Shown here: positions 32,589-44,552 of the stretch, one piece after another | Position numbering within the stretch: the stretch's first letter is position 1 | Layout: each line of letters opens with the position of its first letter | Assembly (NCBI GenBank): GCA_020354665.1 | Contig: CP070653.1 | Span: forward strand, 2,927,763-2,991,762 | Reading direction: 5' to 3' | Origin: Burkholderiales bacterium | GTDB taxonomy: Bacteria; Pseudomonadota; Gammaproteobacteria; Burkholderiales; Burkholderiaceae_C | DNA length: 64,000 nt | Notes under the pieces: model-generated | Seen by the model: only the letters and a program-made list of their open reading frames with translations | Databases searched by the model: none | Told to the model about the DNA's origin: nothing | Position numbers and translations under genes: made by a program

Positions 32589-33572
32589 TCAGCGGTGGCC
32601 TCGTGCGCTGTTGGCCGCGCCGCTATCGGCAACGCGCAGCATGCGCCGGTTGATCCAGGACTGCAGGTCGGCCCACATCGCGGCCGATTCCCGCTCGGGG
32701 ATCTTTCCCGCATTGGTGAGCTCGAGCGTCACCACCGGCACGCCAAGCACCAGCCCGCCATAGTTGCCGAGAGAGCCGGGAAACACGCCGACCTGGTCGA
32801 GGAGCAGACTGCCGAGCCGGCTCGGCGGCGGCGGCGGGCCATCGAAGTCGAGCACGCCATAGGGCGCGTGCACCGCGACGATCAGGTCGGGTGCGAACCT
32901 CTCGATCTGGTGATGGACCCACTGCGCCTCGGGTTCGGATAGCGGCCGCGGCCCGGGGTAGCGCCGCGGATCACGCCGCGTCTTGCCGACCCAGTAGGTC
33001 CGCGCCCTGGCATGCCAGTCGTCGGTGGCGAAATTGCGGTTCAGGTCCACGCCCCGCGCGTTGACGCGCGTGGGGGGGGACCGCAGAAACCCGTCGGGAT
33101 TCACCAGCGGTGTCATCCGCCAGTGCACGCGCGGGTTGGCCTCGCGCTGACTGCGCTCGATCCAGTCGAACACCAACGAGACCGAGGCGAGCTCGTCAGC
33201 ATGGATGCCGCCGAGCACCAGCACGCGCAGCGGAAGCCCTGCCGCTTCAGGCGCGATGTCGACCGACCACAGCGGCGTACCGCGCACCGACCGGCCGCCG
33301 GTGGCCTGCAGCCGCGATTCGCGACAGCGCTCCTCACCGATCGCCGCGTGCACCCGCACGATCGCTGCGCACCAAGCTGGCAAGTCGCCCAGCGACGGGG
33401 CGGTGGCCGGCCAGATCTTGGTCGCTGTCGAGGCGGGTGGGCCCGGTGGAAACCGTGCCGGCTCGGCGGCGGCGCAAAACGCGATCGCCGATACGGCCGC
33501 GGCGCTGGCCAGGCGGGCGAGAACAGGGTGGGTTTGCGGCGACGGCACGGCGAGAGAACGGCCGACCGTCAC
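32589..33572 (-). CDS. Secreted M14-family zinc carboxypeptidase / murein peptide amidase-like protein
   Basis: GGIHADE zinc motif, NPDG, RGVDLNRNF, and a later H in LIVAVHAPYG. Signal-like N-terminus. Confidence 0.8.
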   Translation of the reverse strand: MTVGRSLAVPSPQTHPVLARLASAAAVSAIAFCAAAEPARFPPGPPASTATKIWPATAPSLGDLPAWCAAIVRVHAAIGEERCRESRLQATGGRSVRGTPLWSVDIAPEAAGLPLRVLVLGGIHADELASVSLVFDWIERSQREANPRVHWRMTPLVNPDGFLRSPPTRVNARGVDLNRNFATDDWHARARTYWVGKTRRDPRRYPGPRPLSEPEAQWVHHQIERFAPDLIVAVHAPYGVLDFDGPPPPPSRLGSLLLDQVGVFPGSLGNYGGLVLGVPVVTLELTNAGKIPERESAAMWADLQSWINRRMLRVADSGAANSARGHR

Positions 33573-33674
33573 GATCGGCGCCCGGAACTAAGGCGCCGTA
33601 TTGTGCGTGATTAGCGGCTGTCAGCCGGAGCGGTTGCGCTTCGCGGGCGAATCGGCTCCGGCACAGACGAGCTA

Positions 33675-33926
33675 TCAATCTTCGTAGCCATCGTGGCGCG
33701 CGGCGGCCGCATACAGGTCCGCCGCGAAGCCGGGGTCGGTATCCGCGACGCTCGCCGCGAGTCGACGCACCTGCTCGGCTTCCTCGCAACGGGTCGGCGT
33801 GCGCCGGGGCGCGGGCTTGCATGCCGCGGACACGGCATGCAAGAAGGCAACGAACGGATTGGTCACCGGTGTTGCTTCGTGCAGCGCGGCGTGGGCGCGC
33901 GCGGATTGCATCGTGACGGTGCTCAT
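33675..33926 (-). CDS. Hypothetical small protein (83 aa), paralogue-like to the upstream small ORF
   Basis: ATG 33926 is preceded by AAGGAG with a 6-nt spacer. High third-position GC. The track ORF extends 60 codons upstream across the neighbouring gene. Confidence 0.55.
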   Translation of the reverse strand: MSTVTMQSARAHAALHEATPVTNPFVAFLHAVSAACKPAPRRTPTRCEEAEQVRRLAASVADTDPGFAADLYAAAARHDGYED

Positions 33927-33945
33927 CTGGGACTCCTTGACTTTG

Positions 33946-34173
33946 TTAGTCGGATTCGCGAAGCGACCGGGCAGCCGCGCGAAGTTGGCTCGCGTACTCA
34001 CTGGACGAGCGGTGCAGCGAGGCGAGATCCTCGAGATGTCTTGCCGCGCGCTCGCGCCTCGAGGCCTGCAGCGCCTTGACGATCGCGAGCAGAAAACGGC
34101 GCGCACGGATCGCTGAGTGGCTGGGCGCCGGGCGGGCCAGCGCGGCGGGTGATTTCAGGGTCGCGGCAGTCAT
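33946..34173 (-). CDS. Hypothetical small protein (75 aa)
   Basis: ATG 34173 is preceded by AAGGAGG with a 5-nt spacer. Lies 19 nt upstream of the next small ORF and divergent from the LysR gene. Confidence 0.55.
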   Translation of the reverse strand: MTAATLKSPAALARPAPSHSAIRARRFLLAIVKALQASRRERAARHLEDLASLHRSSSEYASQLRAAARSLRESD

Positions 34174-34325
34174 ACAACCTCCTTTGCGGTTCCAGCCCCG
34201 GGCTCGGTAAACCTCGAAGCTGCTGCGATGCATCAAATATTGGGGTTAACCCTTACCATAATCAAGTGAAGAATTCTCAGCTGTTGTATAAACACCGTGC
34301 ATAACTGGATCCAGCAAAAGCGATC

Positions 34326-35264
34326 GTGAAAAACCTGCGCACGCTCGACCTGAACCTCTTGCGCGTGTTCGAGGCGGTCATGGAAGAAGGCAGCCTGACC
34401 CGCGCGGCGCACGTGCTCTCGATGACGCAGCCGGCGGTCAGCCACGCGCTGAAGCGCTTGCACGAGACCGTCGGTGAGGTGCTGTTCGTGCGCTCCGCCA
34501 CTGGCATGAAGCCGACGCCGCGAGCCGAGGCACTCTGGCCCCAGGTGCGCATCGCGTTGACGATGCTTCAAAGGGCGCTCGCGCCGGGGGACTTCGACCC
34601 GCGCCGCGATCCAGTCACCTACCGTCTGGCCATGGCTGACGCGACGGCAGCACGGCTTGCACCCGGCCTAGTCTCATCGATAGAAAAGATGCAAGCGCTC
34701 GCTAACATACATCTGATGCCCTTGACTACACGGGATCCGCGACGGTTGCTCGAACACGATGCCTGCGACCTCGCCGTGGGCTATTTCCCCGACGCGATGG
34801 CCGCGATCGTTGCGGCGGGCGAAGCCTCGACGCTGCGTCACGCAAGGCTGATGGAAACGCGCTACGTCTGCGCGATGCGCCGCGGGCATCCACTGGCCGA
34901 AGTGCCGCTTACGCTCGATGTGTTCTGTTCGGCGCACCATCTGCTGGTGAGCTTTTCGGGCAAGCCGCATGGACTCGTCGACCGCGCACTCGGCGGCCTC
35001 GGGCGCGAGCGCCGCGTCGTGATGACCGTCAACCAGTTCTTCACCGCCGGCCGGGTGGTGACGGAGACCGACTTGCTGACCGTGTTGCCGCTGTCGTTCG
35101 TGCCCGCCACGGGGTATCAGGACGAACTCGTCACGCGCGAACTGCCGTTCGACCTCGGCGGCGTGCAGGTCGAGATGGTGTGGCACCTTCGCCGTGACGG
35201 CGATCCGGCGCACCAATGGCTGCGCCACGAAGTGCAACGTGCCGGTGCCTTCACCGGCGCGTGA
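34326..35264 (+). CDS. LysR family transcriptional regulator
   Basis: MKNLRTLDLNLLRVFEAVMEEGSLTRAAHVLSMTQPAVSHALKRL is a canonical LysR HTH. Full-length substrate-binding domain follows. Confidence 0.9.
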   Translation: MKNLRTLDLNLLRVFEAVMEEGSLTRAAHVLSMTQPAVSHALKRLHETVGEVLFVRSATGMKPTPRAEALWPQVRIALTMLQRALAPGDFDPRRDPVTYRLAMADATAARLAPGLVSSIEKMQALANIHLMPLTTRDPRRLLEHDACDLAVGYFPDAMAAIVAAGEASTLRHARLMETRYVCAMRRGHPLAEVPLTLDVFCSAHHLLVSFSGKPHGLVDRALGGLGRERRVVMTVNQFFTAGRVVTETDLLTVLPLSFVPATGYQDELVTRELPFDLGGVQVEMVWHLRRDGDPAHQWLRHEVQRAGAFTGA

Positions 35265-35297
35265 GCCGGCGTCCTCCCCCGCGAACGATCGATCGGC

Positions 35298-36491
35298 TCA
35301 GGCGAGAACCGCCGCGATGGCCTCGGCCACGGTCGCGACATTGCGCGAGTTCAGGCCGGCGATGCACATCCGGCCCGAGCGGATCAGGTACACAGCGTGC
35401 CGCTCGCGCAGTTCGTCAACCTGCGCAGGGGTGAGGCCGGTATAGCTGAACATGCCGCGTTGGGTCAGGAAGTATTCGAACCGCCGCCCGGGCAGCTTGC
35501 GCGTCAGCGCCGCGTGCAGCGCACGGCGCATCGCGAGGATGCGCTCGCGCATCTGCGCGACCTCGCCTTCCCACTGCGAACGCAACGCGGCGTCGCCGAG
35601 CACACGCGCAACGATCCCGGCAGCATGCAGCGGCGGGCTCGAATAGTTGCGGCGCACCGTGAACTTGAGCTGGCCGAGAACGAGCGCGGCCTCGGCGGCG
35701 CTTGGACACACCGCCGACAGCGCGCCGCAGCGCTCGCCGTAGACGCTCATGCTCTTGGAGAACGAATTGGCCACGAAGAACGCAAGGCCGGCGTTGGCCA
35801 GCGCGCGCACCGCGTAGGCATCCTCGTCAATGCCTTCGCCGAAGCCCTGGTAGGCCAGATCGAGGTATGCAATCAAGCCGCGTTGCGCGAGCACGGGGAT
35901 CAACTGGTCCCACTGTGCGCGCGTGAGGTCCACGCCGGTTGGGTTGTGGCAGCACGCGTGCAGCAGCACGATGCTGCGGGCGGGCAGCCCCTCGAGCGCC
36001 GCCTTCATGCGATCGAACGCGACGCCGCCGGTGGCCGCGTCATAGTAGGGGTAGCCATGCACCGCGAAGCCGCAGGCCTCGAACATCGAGCGGTGGTTGT
36101 CCCATGTCGGGTCGCTCATCCACACCGCGCTCGACGGAAACCAGGCCTTCAGGAAGTCGGCACCAACCCGCAGTCCGCCGCTGGAACCGACCGTCTGGAT
36201 CGTCGCGACGCGGCCCTGCCTGAGCGCCGCATGATCACGGCCGAACAGCAGCGCCTGCACCTCGCGCCGGCAAGAGGCGTCTCCTTCCATCGGGAGGTAG
36301 GGCTTGGCACCGCCGGCCTCGAGCAACAGCGCTTCGGCGCGCCGGACGCTGTCGAGCACGGGCAGCCGGCCCTGCTCGTCGAAGTAGATGCCGATCGACA
36401 GGTTGACCTTGCCCGGCCGCGGATCGGCGTTGAAAGCGTCGACGAGCGCGAAGATCGGGTCGCCGGCATAGGGTTGGACGTGCTCGAACAT
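35298..36491 (-). CDS. tyrB: Aromatic/aspartate aminotransferase (class I)
   Basis: MFEHVQPYAGDPIF..., NLSIGIYFDEQG, HACCHNPTG and SFSKSMSVYGERCG (PLP lysine) match AspC/TyrB. Confidence 0.9.
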   Translation of the reverse strand: MFEHVQPYAGDPIFALVDAFNADPRPGKVNLSIGIYFDEQGRLPVLDSVRRAEALLLEAGGAKPYLPMEGDASCRREVQALLFGRDHAALRQGRVATIQTVGSSGGLRVGADFLKAWFPSSAVWMSDPTWDNHRSMFEACGFAVHGYPYYDAATGGVAFDRMKAALEGLPARSIVLLHACCHNPTGVDLTRAQWDQLIPVLAQRGLIAYLDLAYQGFGEGIDEDAYAVRALANAGLAFFVANSFSKSMSVYGERCGALSAVCPSAAEAALVLGQLKFTVRRNYSSPPLHAAGIVARVLGDAALRSQWEGEVAQMRERILAMRRALHAALTRKLPGRRFEYFLTQRGMFSYTGLTPAQVDELRERHAVYLIRSGRMCIAGLNSRNVATVAEAIAAVLA

Positions 36492-36512
36492 CTTCGAATC
36501 CGTTGGCACGGC

Positions 36513-37007
36513 TTACGCCGCGAGCGCCGCCTCGATATCGGTGGCGATCGATTCGGGCGCGTCGCTGGGCGCGTAGCGCTGGATCACCCGGCCGTCCCGG
36601 CCGACCAGGAACTTGGTGAAGTTCCACTTGATCGCCTCGCTGCCGAGCAGCCCGGGCGCCTGCTTGCGCAGCCATCGCCACAGCGGATGTGCGTCGGCGC
36701 CGTTGACCTTGACCTTGGCCATCATCGGGAAGCTCACACCGTAGTTGAGCGAGCAGAACGACGCGATTTCCTCGTTGCTGCCTGGGTCCTGAGCGCCGAA
36801 CTCGTTGCTCGGAAATCCGACCACGACGAGGCCGCGGTCACGGTACGCCTGCCACAGTTTCTCGAGCCCGGCGAACTGTGGCGTGAATCCGCAGCGACTG
36901 GCCGTGTTGACGATCAGCAGCACCTTGCCGCGCTGCGTCGATAGATCGGCCGGCTGGCCTTCGATCGAGACGGCCTTGAAGTCGTACACGGTCGTGTCCT
37001 TGGCCAA
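36513..37007 (-). CDS. Glutathione peroxidase
   Basis: LLIVNTASRCGFTPQ, GFPSNEFGAQDPG and KWNFTKFLV are Gpx signatures. Confidence 0.9.
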   Translation of the reverse strand: MAKDTTVYDFKAVSIEGQPADLSTQRGKVLLIVNTASRCGFTPQFAGLEKLWQAYRDRGLVVVGFPSNEFGAQDPGSNEEIASFCSLNYGVSFPMMAKVKVNGADAHPLWRWLRKQAPGLLGSEAIKWNFTKFLVGRDGRVIQRYAPSDAPESIATDIEAALAA

Positions 37008-37087
37008 CGGTTGCTCCTCTCAAAATGGCGCGGAATCCGCATGCGCATGGTAGCGCCGTCGCCCGGCTGACTGCACAGCACCCGGGG

Positions 37088-37987
37088 TCAAGACCCGCTC
37101 GGCGTCTCGAAGGCGGCAAGCCCCGCGCCGAGCATGATCATCGCGCCGCCCAGGGCGAGCTGGGCGGTCAGCACACCGCCGCCCAGCGCCAGCGCCGAGG
37201 CTGCGGCGAACACGATCTCAGTGAGCATGATCACCGCTGTTGCGTGCGCACTCAGGCGGGCCGTGCCGTATTGCAGGGCCAGGTTGCCGAGCAGGAACCA
37301 CACGCCCAACGCGAGTACGCCGAGCGGCCACAGGCCCTCCGGTTGCGGCGGCCAGGCAATCTGACCCTGCGTCGCGAGCGCGAGGCCGAGGCCGCCGGCG
37401 ACCATCATGCCGCCGGCGAACATCGCCAGGGCGCGCGCGGCGTCCGGCTGCGCGCGGTGGCGGCGCAGCAACACGTTGTTCAGCGCGAACGAAAAGCCAC
37501 CCAGCACGCCGAGCCAGTCGGCCAGCCCGCTGGGCACTGGAAAGCCCCCGCCCGGGGGCCACAGCACGATCGCCGCACCGCAAAGCGCCATCGCGATGCG
37601 CAGGAGGGCCCATCGTGACAGGCGCTCCTGCAAGACGATGCGTGCGAGCAGTGCAGCCCACAGCGGCATCAGGTAGAACAGCAGCACCACCCGCACCACG
37701 TCGCCGATCGTGACCGCCCAGTTGAACGCAGCGTTGGTCGTGCCTGCTGCCAGGACCAGCCACCACAGCACCGGGGTCGCGAGCAGCGCGCCCCAGGCGC
37801 GCGGGCGCACCAGCGTGATGAGCCCGACCGCCAGTGCATAGACGATCAGCGTCGACCACAGCGGATGCAGGCCCAATGCGCCAAGTTGGCGAAACGGCCA
37901 CCACGACACGCCCCACGCGAAGGCATTGAAGGTGAGGGCGAGTGCTGGCGCGACTGTCGCTGCGCGTTGAATCGCAACGACGGTCAC
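37088..37987 (-). CDS. EamA/DMT-family transporter
   Basis: About 10 hydrophobic segments with a duplicated EamA-like architecture. Confidence 0.8.
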   Translation of the reverse strand: MTVVAIQRAATVAPALALTFNAFAWGVSWWPFRQLGALGLHPLWSTLIVYALAVGLITLVRPRAWGALLATPVLWWLVLAAGTTNAAFNWAVTIGDVVRVVLLFYLMPLWAALLARIVLQERLSRWALLRIAMALCGAAIVLWPPGGGFPVPSGLADWLGVLGGFSFALNNVLLRRHRAQPDAARALAMFAGGMMVAGGLGLALATQGQIAWPPQPEGLWPLGVLALGVWFLLGNLALQYGTARLSAHATAVIMLTEIVFAAASALALGGGVLTAQLALGGAMIMLGAGLAAFETPSGS

Positions 37988-38016
37988 CGCGGCTTCCGAA
38001 GGTCGGGCAACCTCGC

Positions 38017-38502
38017 TCAGCGCGGGCGCTCCTCGACGAAGATTTCGACGGCATCGCCCTCGGCAGGCGCGACGCCCGCAAAGCGCGTGGCGCTCACGCC
38101 GAGGGCGACCAGATAGTCGCGTACGCTGGCGGCACGGTCCGTCGCAAGGAATCTGCCGCCCCGCGGATCGCCGGGAGCACGCACGCGCAGCGTCGTATTC
38201 TGGCGCTTCAACCCGCCGGCCAGTTTCTCGAGGACCGCGCCGAGCGGCGGCTTGACGGCCGAGCGACCCGGATCAAAGCAATAGCGCAACGGCACCGAAA
38301 CCAGCAGTCGCCCGGCCGAATCGAGGTCGACATCGACCGGCGTTCCGGCCAGTTCGCGCTGCAACCGCCACTGCTCATCCGACACCGTGGGCGCGGGCTC
38401 CGAGGACACGGCAGGTCCTCCAGGCGTAGTGGTACAGCTCATGAGCGACACCAGCGCAAACAGCAGCGGCGCGGCGAGGACGGCATTCGGCAGACTCTTC
38501 AT
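38017..38502 (-). CDS. OmpA-like domain lipoprotein
   Basis: Start at ATG 38502 (MKSLPNAVLAAPLLFALVSLMSC lipobox). C-terminal OmpA-like region (RAASVRDYLVALGV). Confidence 0.7.
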   Translation of the reverse strand: MKSLPNAVLAAPLLFALVSLMSCTTTPGGPAVSSEPAPTVSDEQWRLQRELAGTPVDVDLDSAGRLLVSVPLRYCFDPGRSAVKPPLGAVLEKLAGGLKRQNTTLRVRAPGDPRGGRFLATDRAASVRDYLVALGVSATRFAGVAPAEGDAVEIFVEERPR

Positions 38503-38574
38503 GGCGCCATGATTGGACATCCCCCCGACCGCGTGTGCAACGACTCGCAACGCAGCGCCGTGCGCTTAGAATTC

Positions 38575-38675
38575 GCCACTTCCGAGGAGCGTTGCAACGG
38601 CGGGCAGTCGCCTCGTCGCCAGGCTCGGACCCGTCGGTAGCCTTGCGGCCGGCGTTGAGCAACGGCGCTCGCCCA
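38575..38675 (+). ncRNA. S-adenosylhomocysteine (SAH) riboswitch
   Basis: CCGAGGAGCGUUGCAAC...GUCGCCAGGCUCGG...AGCAACGGCGCUCGCC reproduces the conserved SAH-aptamer blocks as I remember them (CCGAGGAGCG, CAGGCUCGG, CAACGGCGCUC pseudoknot partner). It lies 50 nt upstream of metH, a classic SAH-riboswitch target in Betaproteobacteria. Confidence 0.75.
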
Positions 38676-38724
38676 CCGCCACGGCGGCCGCGGGTGAGCC
38701 GCGGCGCCGCTTGTTGCCCGCGCC

Positions 38725-41475
<2,751 letters not shown>

Positions 41476-41853
41476 GGGATCGCCCTTGGGGCATCGGCAA
41501 GGGCTGAGCTGCGCAGCATGTCACTGGACTGCGGCGCGAGTGTCCACCACACGGGTGCGAGCGGCGTTTATCACACGATGCCGGTTACGCTCGGTTGGTC
41601 CGACGGACAGGGCGATGAGGTATTCACCTGATCGGCTTCGGACAGGTCGCACGTGTAATCTCGCGGCGGTCTGCGGCCAGGCGATGCCGCCGGCCGCTCG
41701 AACAATGTCATGATTGCAATGGTGTGCTCAACGTACCGTCGAATGACAAACGGATCGTGGCAGGCAGTGCCGGTCGCAACGGACCGGCGTTCCCTCAACG
41801 ACAGATCCGAGGGCATCGTGGCGGTTGCATCGGCGAGCCGAAGGAGAACCTCG

Positions 41854-42891
41854 ATGCGTAGGCAAGCTGATTCCCGTCCCCGACGGGTCCTCCTGTACCC
41901 CCTGGCCGTGCTCGCGGCACTTGCGGTGCTCGGCTCGCCGGCGCACGCTCAGCGCAAGTAGCGCACGGGCAAGGAGGTGGTCGAGGGCGTCTGTGGTGCG
42001 TGTCACTTGGAGGGCAAGAACAATGCGCCGCGGATCGGCGACGCGAAGGCCTGGGCCCCCCGCGCTGCGCAGGGACTGACCGCGCTGACCGACCATGCGC
42101 TGAACGGCATCCGCAGCATGCCGGCGCACGGTGGCAGTCCCGGACTCAGCGACGTCGAGATCGAGCGCGCGATCACCTACATGGTCAACCAGTCGGGCGG
42201 TAACTGGGTCGAACCGATCGGCGGCGCCACGCCAGCGGTCGTACGCACGAGCGAAAGCATCGTCAACGGCCAGTGTTCCAAATGCCACCGCACTGGTGAG
42301 AACGGCGCACCCAAGATCGGCAACCGCGAGGACTGGCTGCCCCACCTGAAGAAGGGAATGGACAAGCTGGTCGCGTCTGCGGTGAACGGCCACGGGCCCA
42401 TGCCAGCGCGTGGCGGCCTGTCCGACCTGAGCGACGACGAGGTCCGCGGCGCGATCGTCTACATGTTCAACTACGGCGTGCCGGCCACCCCGCCGCCGCA
42501 ACCCGTGTCACAGCGCAACCCCTATCGCAAGGTGGTCGCGGGAACCGACATCTACCTGGGCATCATGAGCGCAGACCGGTTGCGCGCCAGTCCGGCGGTC
42601 GGCGTCGCGCCGGGCAGCATTCCCGAGGGCAAGGGCTACTACCACCTCAACATTGCGCTGGCCGACGACAAGTCGCAGGTGCCCGTGACCGACGCGCGGG
42701 TCAGGCTGCGGGTCTCCGACGGGATGACGATGCAGACCAAGAACCTGGAACTGGTGGCGGCCAACAACACGGTCAGCTACGGTGCGTTCTTCCGCCTGTC
42801 GAGCGGGAATTCATACAACATCACGGCCGAAGTCCAGCGGGCGGGCGAGACGCGTCCGATCCGGGCGAATTTCGAGTTCAGGGCGCCTTAG
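41854..42891 (+). pseudogene. Dihaem class-I cytochrome c with a C-terminal extra domain, interrupted by an in-frame TAG at 41959-41961
   Basis: AAGGAGA-N6-ATG at 41854. Signal peptide MRRQADSRPRRVLLYPLAVLAALAVLGSPAHA, then QRK-TAG-RTGKEVVEGVCGACH in the same frame. Second haem motif CSKCH, with Met ligands in SMPAHGG and PMPARGG. Confidence 0.7.
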
Positions 42892-42935
42892 CCGGCTCGA
42901 CGCCAGCGGCGCGCCGGCCGCCGCAGGCCTCGACG

Positions 42936-43718
42936 TCAGGCGACCTGCGTTTGCGCGGCCTTGACCTCGACGCGGACCTGCTCGGTGAGTTCGGCCTTGA
43001 GCTCGGCAAAGGCGCGCGAAGTCTTGATCGAATAGTGCCGCGGGTGCGCCAGCGGCACCTCGCGGTCGATCTTGATGCGCCCGGGCCGGGCGCTCATCAC
43101 GACGACGCGGCCGCCCATGAACACCGCCTCGTCGATGTCGTGGGTGACGAACAGCACCGTCTTCTTCTCGGCTTCCCAGATCCCGAGCAGCAGTTCCTGC
43201 ATCAACTCGCGGGTTTGATGGTCGAGTGCGCCGAAGGGCTCGTCCATCAGCAACATGCGCGGGCCGTTGGCGAGCGCGCGCGCGATCGCCGTGCGCTGCT
43301 GCATGCCACCCGACAGCTGCTTGGGATAGTGGTGCTCGAACCCGCGCAGACCCACTTTGTCGATGAAGCCGTCGGCGAGCTCTAACTGCTGCCTGCGCGG
43401 CAGGCGGCGCTCGCGCAGGCCGAAGCAGACGTTTTCGAGCACAGTCAGCCACGGAAAGAGCGTGTAGCTCTGGAACACCATGCCGCGGTCGGCGCCCGGG
43501 CCCCGGACACGCTCGCCGTCAAGCAGCACCTCACCGACCGTTGGATGGTCGAGCCCTGCGACGATGCGCAGCAGCGTGCTCTTGCCGCAGCCGCTGGGGC
43601 CGAGGATCGTGATGAAGTCGTTCTCCGCCACCTCGAGGCTGGTGGCCTGCAGCGCGACTGTCGCGCCCTTGGCGCCGGCAAAGCGGCGCTCGACACCGCG
43701 AATGCTGAGGATGCTCAC
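42936..43718 (-). CDS. NitT/TauT-family ABC ATP-binding protein (hut-linked)
   Basis: GPSGCGKSTLLR, LSGGMQQR, LLMDEPFGALD. Confidence 0.9.
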   Translation of the reverse strand: MSILSIRGVERRFAGAKGATVALQATSLEVAENDFITILGPSGCGKSTLLRIVAGLDHPTVGEVLLDGERVRGPGADRGMVFQSYTLFPWLTVLENVCFGLRERRLPRRQQLELADGFIDKVGLRGFEHHYPKQLSGGMQQRTAIARALANGPRMLLMDEPFGALDHQTRELMQELLLGIWEAEKKTVLFVTHDIDEAVFMGGRVVVMSARPGRIKIDREVPLAHPRHYSIKTSRAFAELKAELTEQVRVEVKAAQTQVA

Positions 43719-43731
43719 GCGCCCCGCCGGA

Positions 43732-44511
43732 TCATCGGCTCAGCTGCGCCCACGGGAACAGCCGCTGGTTCGCCCACTTGAACAGCAGGTCGCTCACCAG
43801 CCCGATCGCACCGATGACGATGATGCCGAAGATGATCTGGTCGGTGGCCAGCAGCGCCTGGCTGTCGGTGATCATGTGGCCGATACCGCTCGAGGCGCCG
43901 ATCAGCTCGGCAACAATGACGTAGGTCCACGCCCAGCCGAGCACCATGCGCAGCTGCTCGGCAATCTCGGGCGCGGCGCCGGGCACGAGCACCCGGCGGA
44001 CCAGTCCGCGGTCGCTCACGCCCAGCGTGTAGGCCGCCTCGACCAGGTCGCGCCGCGTGTTGCCGACGGTCACGCTGATCATCAGCACCAGCGAGAAGAA
44101 GCTGCCGATGAAGATCACCGCCAACTTCTGCGCCTCGCCGATGCCGGCCCAGAGGATCAGCAACGGGATGAACGCGCTCGCGGGCAGGTAGCGCGCGAAG
44201 CTGACGAACGGCTCGAAGAAGGCCTCGACCGGCTTGTACGCGCCCATCGCCACGCCGAGCGGCACGGCGATGACCGCCGCGATCACGAAACCGCCGACCA
44301 CACGCCACACCGTCATGCCGATGTCCTTGGCGAAGCCCATCTCGGCGAGCAGTCGCCAGCCGCTCTGGACCATCGTCAAGGGGTCCGCGAGAAACGTCGC
44401 GCTGACGAAACCGCCAAATGTCGCCAGCGCCCACGCCGCGACGAAGACCACGAAGAAGGCGATGCCGAGCACGATGCGCGTGCCTGGCGAAACGGGAACG
44501 AGCGGCTTCAT
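43732..44511 (-). CDS. NitT/TauT-family ABC permease (hut-linked)
   Basis: Six-TM BPD permease with an EAAYTLGVS EAA loop. Confidence 0.9.
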   Translation of the reverse strand: MKPLVPVSPGTRIVLGIAFFVVFVAAWALATFGGFVSATFLADPLTMVQSGWRLLAEMGFAKDIGMTVWRVVGGFVIAAVIAVPLGVAMGAYKPVEAFFEPFVSFARYLPASAFIPLLILWAGIGEAQKLAVIFIGSFFSLVLMISVTVGNTRRDLVEAAYTLGVSDRGLVRRVLVPGAAPEIAEQLRMVLGWAWTYVIVAELIGASSGIGHMITDSQALLATDQIIFGIIVIGAIGLVSDLLFKWANQRLFPWAQLSR

Positions 44512-44552
44512 CGATGCCGCGCCAGGGTCGGGCTCTTATGACGGCCGGCGAT

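Noticed and set aside
38551-38724. Cobalamin riboswitch upstream of metH
   Set aside because: No B12-box-like GCCACUG core or the surrounding conserved junction is visible. The conserved blocks instead fit the SAH aptamer, and metH is not a usual B12-riboswitch target.
41959-41961. TAG as pyrrolysine or other programmed recoding in the cytochrome gene
   Set aside because: No pyl genes or PYLIS-like context are visible here, and pyrrolysine is not expected in this lineage. The position just after the signal peptide has no functional rationale, so a mutation or sequencing error is more parsimonious.
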